Assembly: GCA_963555995.3 (NCBI GenBank)
Contig: OY821641.1
Location: 416,001 to 480,000, forward strand
DNA length: 64,000 nucleotides
Source of the DNA: Vicinamibacteria bacterium
GTDB taxonomy: Bacteria; Acidobacteriota; Vicinamibacteria; Marinacidobacterales; Marinacidobacteraceae
Direction: 5' to 3'
The notes beneath the pieces are model-generated. The model was not told where the DNA came from. It saw only the letters and a program-made list of their open reading frames with translations, and ran no database searches. Positions 47,342 through 56,669 of this stretch are shown here, piece by piece (positions within the stretch are counted from its first letter, which is position 1; each line of letters opens with the position of its first letter). Both the position numbers and the translations under genes were made by a program.

Positions 47342-50269
47342 ATGGCCACCACGACGAGATACAGCAGCCCAGCGCGCCGCAGGAGGTGCTGGAGAGCCTG
47401 TATCTGTTCGGGGGTGGCCGTCATGGCGGCTGCCCTCCTCCTCGCAACGCCGGCCCTCGCCCAGTACGGGCAGATCGAGGGGCAGGTCGTGGACTCGACC
47501 GGGGCCGTCCTTCCGGGCGCCACCGTGACGGCGGTGAACGAGGACACCGGGGTCTCCCGGAGTTCCACCTCCGACGCGACCGGCGACTACCGCCTGCCGG
47601 CGCTGCTGCCGGGGCCCTACACCATCCGGGCCGAACTCTCCGGCTTCCAGACGGTGGAGACCACCGGCGTGATCCTGACGATCCAGCAGACGATCGTCAT
47701 GAACCAGGAGCTGGCGCTCGCCCAGGTCGAGGAAACCGTGACCGTCACGGGAACCGCGCCGTTGCTCGACACGCGGCGTTCGGACATCTCCACTTCGGTC
47801 TCCGATCTCCAGATCCAGGACCTCCCGGTGGCCTCCCGCCGCTGGGTGGACCTCGCGCTGCTGACGCCCGGCACCAGCCAGGACGCGATCCGCGGCTACT
47901 ACTACCGCGGCAACGTGAACATGGGGGCCGGCGGCCGCTACTACGCGAACGCCTTCATCGTGGACGGGGTGAACAACACCTGGGCCGAGATGGGCGAGGC
48001 GCGGCAGAACTTCCCGATGGACGCCATCGGCGAGTTCCAGGTCACGACGAGCAACTTCAAGGCCGAGTACGGGCTCGCCACCGGCGGGCTCATGACGGTT
48101 TCTACGAAGACCGGAACGAACAACTTCGCGGGCAGCGCCTTCTGGTTCTTCCGGGACAAGGCGCTCACCGAACTCACGCACCAGCAGAAGGAATTCCAGG
48201 AGAACGACCCGAGCTTCGAGAAGCCCGAGTACCGCCGGCACCAGTTCGGCGGTTCCTTCGGCGGCCCTATCGTGGAGGATCGCACCCACTTCTTCTTCGC
48301 CTACGAGCGGACGAACGAGGAGCTCTTCTACGACATTGATACCCGGGGTGTCTTCCCCGAGTTCGACGGAACCTTCCCGAAGGACGAATGGCGCTACATG
48401 TGGCTCGCCCGTTTGAGCCACCAGGTCAACGAGGACCATTCCGTCTGGTTGCGGGTGGCGTGGGAAAACGAGTACCGGCCCAACCTGAACGCGCGGGGGA
48501 TCACCACCGAGGGGTTCGACTTCGCGGTGCCGCGGAACGCGGAGGTGTTCGGGGTGACTTCGGTGACCAGCCAGAACTCACTGAACGAGTTCCGCTTCCA
48601 GCGGGCCTTCTCGAAGTACGAAGTGAGCCCGGCGTTCAGCCACGGCTCGTTCGACGCCGGAGACTTCAGTCCCGAGCGGATTGCGCTCTGCGATGTGCAG
48701 ATCCGGCGACCCGACCTGCGGACCGGGTCCTGCAACGACCAGATGGGCCCCGAGACGCGCTGGCAGTTCAAGGACGACTTCACCCTGTTCACCCAGGGAT
48801 TGGGGGGAGACAACCAGGTCAAGCTGGGCGTGGACTACAACTACATCGAGTTCAAGGCCGACAGCGTCGGCAACTACTCCGGGCGTTGGACGTTCGACAC
48901 GAACGAACCCTTCAACCCGGAAGACCGGGCCACCTATCCGATCCAGTACACCCAGACCCAGCCACGTTTCGACGACGTGCCGGTGCATCACTTCTCGGTG
49001 TACGCGCAGGACGACTGGAGCAGTGATCGGCTGACTCTCAACCTCGGGCTTCGCTACGACCTGCAGGTGGGGACCTTCAACGAAGACATCCGCGACATCA
49101 ATTTCCCCTTGCCGATCCCCTGGCACGATGGCGCCGATGCCCGTGGCGACGGCAACAACTGGGGGCCGCGGGTCGGGTTCGTGTACGACCTCTCCGGTGA
49201 CGGCACCGGCCGGACCACGGTGAAGGGCGGCTACGGCAAGTTCTTCGAGAACATCCGCACACTCACCAACTTCGGCGAGCGCTGGTGGCACCAGGGACAG
49301 ACGATCATCATCAACGATCCGGACTACCCGGATCCGTTCCCCGGCCGGTCCCGCGAGGAGTTCCTCTCCACGGCGCCGCCGAACATCACGCTCCTGGACA
49401 ACAACTACGAGCAGCCCTACGCCCACCACTTCAACCTGGGGCTCGCCCACCAGCTCCGGGACGACATGGCGCTCTCGCTCGACCTGACCCGGGTGGCGAC
49501 CCGCGCCGACGCGATGCGGAACGTGAACATCAACTACCCGGTGGACGGCGTGCGGCCGTGGCCGCAGTTCAACCGGGTGAACACGTCCTACTCGGTGCTC
49601 GACCACGACTACCAGGCGTTCTACGCCAAGTTCGAGAAGCGCTACGCGGACGGCTGGCAGTTCCTGGTCAGCTACACGCTCGCCAAGACCGAATCCACCT
49701 CACTGTGGACGCGGAGCATTGAACCTTCCGGGTGGGAGGCCGAGTTCCCCGGATATACCCGGGTCACCACTCCCGGCGGCACCGACCGCCGCCACCGGTT
49801 GGTGAGCAGCGCCATCATCGTGCTGCCGTTCGATATTCGCCTTTCCACGATCGTTGACTACCGCTCGCCGCTCGCAGTGCTCGTGACCTCGGGAACGAAC
49901 ATCAACGGCGATGGGTATTCCGGTGACCTGGCACCCGGGTTCAACGCGTCGAACACCTATGGCTGCCGCAACCTGGACCTGGGTCTCGCCAATGCCTACC
50001 GCCAGGACCAGGGCCGCACTCCGGTGACCGACTTCGCCTGCTCGAACTTCCTGAACTTCGACTTCCGGGCTTCGAAGAACTTCTACCTGAGCGGGACCCA
50101 CGGATTCGAGCTGGTGTTCCAGGTGCTGAACGCCTTCGACCGGGCCAACTTCGGGAACGCGAACAGCAACCTGCGCTCCGGCGCCTTCGGTGACAACGAA
50201 GGTTCGCTGGCGGGCAACATCAACGCCCCCTCCCGCCAGATGGAGCTGGCCATCCGCTACTCCTTCTAG
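47342..50269 (+). CDS. TonB-dependent receptor (Oar-like, carboxypeptidase-regulatory N-domain)
   Basis: DSTGAVLPGATVT, L.PG.Y...AELSGF, AEYG..GG, KTGTN, YAQDDW, LTLNLGLRYD, C-terminal RYSF. Confidence 0.93.
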   Translation: MATTTRYSSPARRRRCWRACICSGVAVMAAALLLATPALAQYGQIEGQVVDSTGAVLPGATVTAVNEDTGVSRSSTSDATGDYRLPALLPGPYTIRAELSGFQTVETTGVILTIQQTIVMNQELALAQVEETVTVTGTAPLLDTRRSDISTSVSDLQIQDLPVASRRWVDLALLTPGTSQDAIRGYYYRGNVNMGAGGRYYANAFIVDGVNNTWAEMGEARQNFPMDAIGEFQVTTSNFKAEYGLATGGLMTVSTKTGTNNFAGSAFWFFRDKALTELTHQQKEFQENDPSFEKPEYRRHQFGGSFGGPIVEDRTHFFFAYERTNEELFYDIDTRGVFPEFDGTFPKDEWRYMWLARLSHQVNEDHSVWLRVAWENEYRPNLNARGITTEGFDFAVPRNAEVFGVTSVTSQNSLNEFRFQRAFSKYEVSPAFSHGSFDAGDFSPERIALCDVQIRRPDLRTGSCNDQMGPETRWQFKDDFTLFTQGLGGDNQVKLGVDYNYIEFKADSVGNYSGRWTFDTNEPFNPEDRATYPIQYTQTQPRFDDVPVHHFSVYAQDDWSSDRLTLNLGLRYDLQVGTFNEDIRDINFPLPIPWHDGADARGDGNNWGPRVGFVYDLSGDGTGRTTVKGGYGKFFENIRTLTNFGERWWHQGQTIIINDPDYPDPFPGRSREEFLSTAPPNITLLDNNYEQPYAHHFNLGLAHQLRDDMALSLDLTRVATRADAMRNVNINYPVDGVRPWPQFNRVNTSYSVLDHDYQAFYAKFEKRYADGWQFLVSYTLAKTESTSLWTRSIEPSGWEAEFPGYTRVTTPGGTDRRHRLVSSAIIVLPFDIRLSTIVDYRSPLAVLVTSGTNINGDGYSGDLAPGFNASNTYGCRNLDLGLANAYRQDQGRTPVTDFACSNFLNFDFRASKNFYLSGTHGFELVFQVLNAFDRANFGNANSNLRSGAFGDNEGSLAGNINAPSRQMELAIRYSF

Positions 50270-50285
50270 CCGGCAGCAACTCCCC

Positions 50286-50313
50286 CCGGGCAGGGACTTC
50301 GGTCCCTGCCCGG
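50286..50313 (+). terminator. 12-bp hairpin downstream of the TonB receptor
   Basis: CCGGGCAGGGAC-TTCG-GTCCCTGCCCGG; no clear U-tract. Confidence 0.55.
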
Positions 50314-50332
50314 TCAGGGATGGAGCGCCGAG

Positions 50333-50357
50333 GGAGCGCCGGTGTTCACACCGGCAC
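50333..50357 (+). repeat. REP-like hairpin variant
   Basis: GGAGCGCCGGTGTTCACACCGGCAC (compensatory TGT/ACA stem). Confidence 0.7.
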
Positions 50358-50577
50358 CGCGGCCCGCAGGGCCGCGAAGCGCGCAACGGCCGATCCGCCC
50401 CGAGGCGCGCCCCCCGCTCAGGTCGCCTGACGGCGCAGCGCCCACCAGGTCACGAACCCCGACGTCGCGAGGCTCAGCAACCCACCGATCAGGATGTCGA
50501 TGGGAATGAGCGCCGCCGGCCAGTTGGCGATGCTGATGAAGGTGGGCACGATGTAGGTGGCGTAGGCCGCCGAGCCC

Positions 50578-51964
50578 GAGCTATGTCCGAAAGTGGGTGA
50601 CGGCTGAGAAGGGGGTGGCGTATCGTGGGGGTTGCTGACCTTCCACATCTCCAAGGAGGAGTGATACGCCATGAAGGAGAGTACTGTTGTTCGCCTTCCC
50701 TCGCCAGAGGGGGTTGAGGACCCGCTGACGGAGGTTCTTCGAGCGGGCGCCCGCGAGTTGGTGCGGCACGCCGTGGAGGCGGAGGTGGCTGCCCTGCTGG
50801 CGGCGTACGAGGATCATCGGACGGCAACCGGAGTTCGGCGTCTGGTGCGTCACGGCCACGGCCCGGAGCGGACGATCCTGACGGGGATCGGGCCGGTTCC
50901 GGTGCGGCGGCCGAAGGTCCGGGATCGCGGGGACAGCGGGGAGGACCGGATTCGGTTCTCGTCGAGGCTTCTGCCGCGGTTCGCGCGGCGGACGCGCTCG
51001 CTGGACGCGGCGCTGCCGACGCTGTATCTGCTGGGGGTTTCGAGCGGGGACTTCGGGGAGGCGCTGTCGGAGCTGTTGGGCTCGGGGGCATCGGGGCTGT
51101 CGCCGGGGGTGATCGGCCGGCTGAAGTCGGCATGGGAGGCGGAGCACGAGCGCTGGCGGGGGCGGGATCTCTCGGGTCGGCGGTATGTCTACGTCTGGGC
51201 GGACGGGATCTACCTGCAGGGCCGGCTGGAAGACGAGAAGCAGTGCGTTCTGGTGCTCATCGGCGCCACCCCGGAGGGCAAGAAGGAACTGTTGGGGTTC
51301 CAGGCCGGGTTCCGGGAGAGCGCCCAGAGTTGGCGGGAGCTACTGGTGGACCTGCGTGGGCGCGGCCTCGAAGTCTCCCCGGAGCTGGCGATCGGGGATG
51401 GTGCGCTGGGCTTCTGGAAGGCGCTGGACGAGGTCTTCCCCAAGACCCGCCGGCAGCGCTGCTGGGTCCACAAGACGGCGAACGTGCTGAACAAGTTGCC
51501 CAAGTCCCGGCAACGCAACGCGAAGCAGGACCTCCACCAGATCTGGATGGCGGAGAGCCGCAAGAAGGCGGAGAAGGCGCTCGACACCTTCGCCGCCAAA
51601 TACCAGGCGAAATACGGGGAAGCCGTTCGTTGCCTGACCAAGGACCAGGAGGCGCTGCTCGCGTTCTACGACTTCCCCGCCGAGCACTGGCAGCACATCC
51701 GCACCACCAACCCCATCGAGAGCGTGTTCGCCACCGTCCGCCATCGCACCGTTCGCAGCAAGGGATGCCTCTCCCACCGAACCGCGCTGGCGATGGTCTT
51801 CAAGCTGGTCACCGCCGCCAGCGAAACCTGGCGTCGGCTCAACGGCTACGACAAACTGACCCAGGTCATCGAGGGCGTCCAGTTCACCGACGGCATCCAG
51901 GCCGACGAAACCGAAACCCGCGCCGCCGCCTGATCATGCCGTCACCCACTTTCGGACATAGCTC
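50578..51964 (+). mobile_element. IS256-family insertion sequence (1387 bp)
   Basis: perfect 27-bp terminal inverted repeats GAGCTATGTCCGAAAGTGGGTGACGGC; 9-bp target duplication GCCGAGCCC at 50569-50577 and 51965-51973. Confidence 0.95.
50671..51933 (+). CDS. IS256-family (mutator-like DDE) transposase
   Basis: YVWADG, GDGALGF, QRCWVHK..N, HIRTTNPIES. Confidence 0.96.
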   Translation: MKESTVVRLPSPEGVEDPLTEVLRAGARELVRHAVEAEVAALLAAYEDHRTATGVRRLVRHGHGPERTILTGIGPVPVRRPKVRDRGDSGEDRIRFSSRLLPRFARRTRSLDAALPTLYLLGVSSGDFGEALSELLGSGASGLSPGVIGRLKSAWEAEHERWRGRDLSGRRYVYVWADGIYLQGRLEDEKQCVLVLIGATPEGKKELLGFQAGFRESAQSWRELLVDLRGRGLEVSPELAIGDGALGFWKALDEVFPKTRRQRCWVHKTANVLNKLPKSRQRNAKQDLHQIWMAESRKKAEKALDTFAAKYQAKYGEAVRCLTKDQEALLAFYDFPAEHWQHIRTTNPIESVFATVRHRTVRSKGCLSHRTALAMVFKLVTAASETWRRLNGYDKLTQVIEGVQFTDGIQADETETRAAA

Positions 51965-52385
51965 GCCGAGCCCAGCAGGAACCCGTTCCTCATCGCCCGC
52001 TGGAGGTTCCGCTCCTGGATGGCCGGGCCGATGGCAAGCTGGCTGTTCGCGAGCGCGATCAGCGCGAAGAACACGAGCAGCCCGACCATCTCGACCCCGC
52101 CCCACGTCTCCATGGGCTTCCCGAAGCTCCAGTCGTTGCCGCTGGCCTCGTGCAGGCTGGCGTACATCGCCACTGCCGGCGGCGACATGTTCCACGCCAC
52201 GTCAATGACCAGGTACACGACGAACGCCGCGAGGAACCGGGTGAACTTGCTCATGGAAACGACCCCCGTGCGAAGTGGGAAACTGGCTTGGGGAGTCCCG
52301 TCGCGGCACGCTCCACGACCGGCCGCGCTTCCTCCCCGCCGCCCCGATTGTAGGCGAGCCCCGGACGAAATCCGCGCCGGTCCGG

Positions 52386-53543
52386 TCAGGCGAGGAGGGA
52401 GTCGTTCCAGAGTTCGTCGAGAAAACTCCGCACCGGCAGGATCTCGATCCCGTCGTCCGTCCGCAGCGGAACCGACTCCAGGCACACCACGATCCGCCGC
52501 TGCAGTTCCGGGTGGTCCTTCGTGAGCGTCCGCAGTCCCTTCAGATGCCGCGAGCCGATCCGCGCCGCTCCCTTCGCCTCGATGGCGATCCGCATGTCGC
52601 CGACGATGAAGTCCACTTCCGTTCCTCCGGTGAGACGCCAGTAGGAGAGTCGCTCCATGGACCGCCGATAGCTGAGGTAGGCGCCGATTTCGTGGAAGAG
52701 CCAGTTCTCGAACGCCTTGCCGAAGAGTTCGGACCCCGGGCGAAGCTCTCCCCGCCGCGCGAGCCGGTTCACCACCCCCACATCGGCGAAGTAGAACTTG
52801 GGGGCGTGGATGACCCGGCGCTTCGGCCGTTTTCGCCAGGCGGGCAGCCAGCGGCCGAGCAGTGTGTCCTCGAGAATCCCGTAGTAGGCCCTTGCGGTCT
52901 GGCTGCTGACGCCGCAGTCCTGCGCCACGTTCGAGAAGCGGACCATCTCGGTGTCCGCGAGGGCGGCGGCCTCCAGGAAGTCCGCGAAGATCGGCAGGTT
53001 GCGGACCATACCCTCCGCCGCGATCTCCTCCTTGAGGTAGTCCGCGATATAGGACTCGATCAGATGATCCGGCTCCGGGTCGCGGTACGGCCGGGGGAGC
53101 GAGCCATGGTTGACGATGCGCTCGAGGTCGAACTCCGCCCCCAGTTCCGCCGAAGTCAGTCCCCGCAGTTCGTAACGGAGCGCGCGGCCGCCCAAGACGC
53201 TGGCCGCGCCACGGCGCACCTTGCGGGCGCTCGACGCGCAAAGGGCGAAACGAACGTGCAGGTTCTCGATCATCCAGTGCACTTCGTCAAGCAGGGCCGG
53301 AACCCTGAGGATCTCGTCCACCACGACCTGCCCGCGGAAACCCGGCCCGTGCGACTGGATGGCCAGGCGGAGGGATTCCGGCCGGGTCGCGTAGCGGCGG
53401 AACTCGTCGGCCTTGAGCAGATCCACCCACAGGGCGTCGGGATAGCTCTGCCGCAACAGGGTCGTCTTGCCGACCTGGCGAGGTCCCCAGAGGAAGAACG
53501 TGCGCGTGCCCGGAGGGGGCAGTTTCAGCCGTCTGGGGAACAC
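52386..53543 (-). CDS. AAA_14 ATPase with DUF4143 domain
   Basis: GPRQVGKTT, VVDEI, SSARK, PKFYFADVGV, EVDF..AIEAK. Confidence 0.9.
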   Translation of the reverse strand: MFPRRLKLPPPGTRTFFLWGPRQVGKTTLLRQSYPDALWVDLLKADEFRRYATRPESLRLAIQSHGPGFRGQVVVDEILRVPALLDEVHWMIENLHVRFALCASSARKVRRGAASVLGGRALRYELRGLTSAELGAEFDLERIVNHGSLPRPYRDPEPDHLIESYIADYLKEEIAAEGMVRNLPIFADFLEAAALADTEMVRFSNVAQDCGVSSQTARAYYGILEDTLLGRWLPAWRKRPKRRVIHAPKFYFADVGVVNRLARRGELRPGSELFGKAFENWLFHEIGAYLSYRRSMERLSYWRLTGGTEVDFIVGDMRIAIEAKGAARIGSRHLKGLRTLTKDHPELQRRIVVCLESVPLRTDDGIEILPVRSFLDELWNDSLLA

Positions 53544-53659
53544 TTACTTGAAATTATCATGTTTTTTTCAAGCGGTGCTTCCGTTTGGCATGGCCGAACC
53601 AGCTCCCGATGACGGGCTAGACTTGCGAACAACACCGTCCGGGGAGGTCAACGACGCGA

Positions 53660-54046
53660 TTGGGAACCACACCCGTTCAGGTGACGATTCGGAACCCCGC
53701 CAATCTCTCCCGGAGTTGGAAGGGCCGCTTCCTGGTGGACACCGGCGCCACGGAGTCCGTCGTGCCGGCGTCCGCGCTGGCGGAAATCGGCGTGGAACCG
53801 CGCCGGCAACGGGAATATGAGCTTGCCGACGGCAGCCGGCAGCAGTTCAGCATCGCGACGGCTGAACTGGAGGTCATGGGCGAGATCGTGGGTGGGACCG
53901 TCGTGTTCGGGCCGGACGAGGCGGAGCCGCTCCTCGGTTGCACCGCGCTGGAGTCGGCGGGACTGGAGGTGGACCCCCGCAACCAGACGCTGAAGCGGCT
54001 CCCGGCGATCCCGCTGAAGGCGGGCCGTCCGGTCGCGGACGCCTGA
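53660..54046 (+). CDS. clan AA (retropepsin-like) aspartic protease
   Basis: FLVDTGA, YELADGS, EPLLG.TALES.G..VDP....LKRLP; TTG start. Confidence 0.88.
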   Translation: MGTTPVQVTIRNPANLSRSWKGRFLVDTGATESVVPASALAEIGVEPRRQREYELADGSRQQFSIATAELEVMGEIVGGTVVFGPDEAEPLLGCTALESAGLEVDPRNQTLKRLPAIPLKAGRPVADA

Positions 54047-54061
54047 CTTCGCCGGCCGTCG

Positions 54062-54844
54062 TCAGCCGGTGGTTGTCTCGCCGTCCGACGCCGCGGGCTC
54101 CCGGACCACCACCACGGTGGCGTTGTCCTGGTAGTCGGCAGGGTTCTCCTCGATGCCGCTGAGGATCGCCTTGGCGACCGCGTCCGCGTCCTCCGCGCCC
54201 TGGTCGCCGCAGACTGCGGCGATCCCCTCTTCGCCCAGGGTCTCCACCCCGTCGGTGGCGAGGACGACGAGGTCGCCGGGTTCGAGCTCCAGCGCGCCTT
54301 CGGCCACTTTTTCGAGCGGCGTCCCCATGACGACGCTCGTCAGCATGGCCCGGTCGTAGTCCATCCGGGCCCGCGTCCAACTGATCTCGCCCCGCCGCGC
54401 CTGCTCGTCGAGCTCGGCCCCGTGGGTGTGGAGCGGGTTGACCCGCCGGACGGTTCCCGCCCGGTGGTGGAAGAGGAACGAGTCGCCCACGCTGATCCAG
54501 TCGCATCGCCTCTCGGCGAAGAGCGCCGCCACCAGGGTGGTGCCCATGCTGCGCAGCCGGGGGTTCGCTTCGATGGCCTTGCGCATCTCCCCGTTCGCCT
54601 GCGCAAGCGCCTCCCGGAGGCGTTCGCCGGGTGGGCCCGCGGTGACGGCGCACGCCGCCAGGAAGGCGTCGGAGGTGATCCGGCTCGCCTGGTCGCCGGC
54701 GGGATGCCCGCCCATGCCATCCGCCACCAGCGCGAGGAGCGTGACGCCGTGCTCGTCGGGCGGCAGGGGGCGCGTTCCCCAGGCGTCTTCCTGCCGCCTG
54801 CGGTCTCCGATGATGGCCGCTCCCGCGACGTTCCGGCCGGTCAT
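54062..54844 (-). CDS. PP2C-family Ser/Thr phosphatase
   Basis: G.RRRQED, VADGMGGH..G..AS, MGTT, VGDS, LATDG, QDNAT. Confidence 0.9.
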   Translation of the reverse strand: MTGRNVAGAAIIGDRRRQEDAWGTRPLPPDEHGVTLLALVADGMGGHPAGDQASRITSDAFLAACAVTAGPPGERLREALAQANGEMRKAIEANPRLRSMGTTLVAALFAERRCDWISVGDSFLFHHRAGTVRRVNPLHTHGAELDEQARRGEISWTRARMDYDRAMLTSVVMGTPLEKVAEGALELEPGDLVVLATDGVETLGEEGIAAVCGDQGAEDADAVAKAILSGIEENPADYQDNATVVVVREPAASDGETTTG

Positions 54845-56556
54845 TCGCCGCGCTTGATGACGACCCCGGCGAGCGCCCCGGTGGCCTGGCCGTCCTCGAT
54901 GGCGACCTGGCCGTTGACCAGCACCCACGGCATCCCCACCACCGGGCCGTCCGGGTTCATGATGGTCGCGTTGTCCTCCACTCGGTCATAGTCGAACGCC
55001 ACCACGTCGGCCTTGCAGCCGACCCGCAGGCAGCCGCGGTCCGTCATGCCCACGATGGCGGCCGGCAGGCTCGTCGAAGAGCGGACCATGAAGGGCAGGG
55101 TGATGAGACCGCGGTCCCGCGTGTAGTGGGCGATCTTGCGGGTGTAGCTGCCCCAGAAGCGCGGGTGCCGGCCCGGCGTCGCTTCGAGCGCGATGCCGGC
55201 GTCCGTCGAGGTCGCGGTGTAGTCCTGCGCCATGTAGGTCTCCACGTCGAACCGGTCCCCCGCGATCGGGCGGATCAGCACTCCGTGGAGCATTTCCTCG
55301 TTGCCGGTGCGGGCGAAGTCAATCAGGGTCTCGGCGACGCTCCGGCCGCTGTCCGCCGCCACCGTGGCGACCGTCTTCCCGACGAGCGAGGGATCTTCCG
55401 GGAAGAGCACGACGATCAGCCGGTCGGCGCCGCCGAAGAGATCAATCTGCTGTTCGAGGTCCTTCATCAACGCGGCGCGGATGGTCTCGTCGGCGAGGTT
55501 CGCCTCCAGGTTTGCGAGGCTCAGAAGCCCCGGCGTCCGCCGCCACTTCGGGTCGTCGAGTCCTCCGGAACGGTCGGTCCCCGGCGGGGCGAAGCCCCAC
55601 ACGGGGATCACCCCGACCGGCCCGCCGCCGAAGGTCTCGAACGGGTACTGGTCGAGGAAGACCTGGACCCCCTGCGCCCGCGCGATGTTGATCGCCTGCA
55701 CGTCCTTCGCCGAGTGCCCCCAGCTCGACGGCCCCTTCGCCTTGATGTGGGTGCCGACCACCCGGATTCCGGTCTCGCGGCCGATACGGATGGTCTCCGC
55801 CATGCCGTCGGTGCCGGTCAGGGTGGGTCCGTCCACGATGCTCGGCACCTGCCAGCGGGGCATCGGCGACTGGCTGCGCTGGTGCGAGTAGTAGAAGCCG
55901 TCGTAGTCGGCGACGACGTGGGCGAGCGCGACGATCTCGCTGGTCTCGGAGAACCGGGCCGGACGGTACTCCGGGCCCGCGCCGAGCCCCCAGGCGCCGT
56001 CCTCCATTCCCTCGCGGACCAGTTCCGCCATCCGGGCCACCTCGTCCTCGGTGGCCGGGCGCTCGTGGTCCTGCCCCATGATCTGGAGCCGAACGGTGGA
56101 ATGGCCCACCACCGGAACCACGTTCAGTCCCGTCCCGCGGCTCTCGTAGGCGGCGATCTCGTCGCGGATCGGCCAGATCGGGTTCCGCCCGTCCGCTCCC
56201 ATGACCACCGTGGTGATTCCCTGGGCGACCAGGTTCACCGCCTTCCGCTCTTCCATGTCGTCGCCGACCAGCGAGCGGTCGGCGTGGGAGTGGAGGTCCA
56301 CCCAGCCGGGGGACACATGGAGCCCGGTGACGTCAATGGTGCGGGCCGCCTCGTGCCCCTCCTTCCCGGCGAGCCGCCCGACCGCCACGACCTCGTCGCC
56401 CCGAATCCCGACATCCGCCCGGATGGCGGGGTTGCCGCTCCCGTCGAAGACCATCCCTCCGACGAGGAGCAGGTCGTAGGCAGGCTGGGCGAACCCAGGC
56501 GCGGCCAGGAGGCTCGCGACCGCCGCCAGGAACGCACTTCCGAGGACTTTCTTCAT
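54841..56556 (-). CDS. secreted N-acyl-D-amino-acid deacylase-like amidohydrolase
   Basis: signal peptide; DGSG, PGWVDLHSH, QGITTVV.GADG, SH.R, HIK, HPR..G, RG.L..G..AD. Confidence 0.88.
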   Translation of the reverse strand: MKKVLGSAFLAAVASLLAAPGFAQPAYDLLLVGGMVFDGSGNPAIRADVGIRGDEVVAVGRLAGKEGHEAARTIDVTGLHVSPGWVDLHSHADRSLVGDDMEERKAVNLVAQGITTVVMGADGRNPIWPIRDEIAAYESRGTGLNVVPVVGHSTVRLQIMGQDHERPATEDEVARMAELVREGMEDGAWGLGAGPEYRPARFSETSEIVALAHVVADYDGFYYSHQRSQSPMPRWQVPSIVDGPTLTGTDGMAETIRIGRETGIRVVGTHIKAKGPSSWGHSAKDVQAINIARAQGVQVFLDQYPFETFGGGPVGVIPVWGFAPPGTDRSGGLDDPKWRRTPGLLSLANLEANLADETIRAALMKDLEQQIDLFGGADRLIVVLFPEDPSLVGKTVATVAADSGRSVAETLIDFARTGNEEMLHGVLIRPIAGDRFDVETYMAQDYTATSTDAGIALEATPGRHPRFWGSYTRKIAHYTRDRGLITLPFMVRSSTSLPAAIVGMTDRGCLRVGCKADVVAFDYDRVEDNATIMNPDGPVVGMPWVLVNGQVAIEDGQATGALAGVVIKRGE

Positions 56557-56669
56557 GGCTTTCCTCCGCCGGGGTGGATCGTCCATCGTACCGGAGAGGA
56601 CACGCCCGCCGTCGGATCGCTGGCGCGCGACGGGCCCGTCCTCTCGGCGGCGCGTGTTCCGGGAACCTG

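Larger units (their letters stand above)
50418..52254 (-). pseudogene. DUF2177-like membrane protein gene interrupted by IS256
   Basis: 5' part MSKFTRFLAAF...GFLLGSA (52254-51965) continues in register as AYATYIVPT...WPAALIPIDILIG (50577-50418) once the IS and one target copy are removed. Confidence 0.85.
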
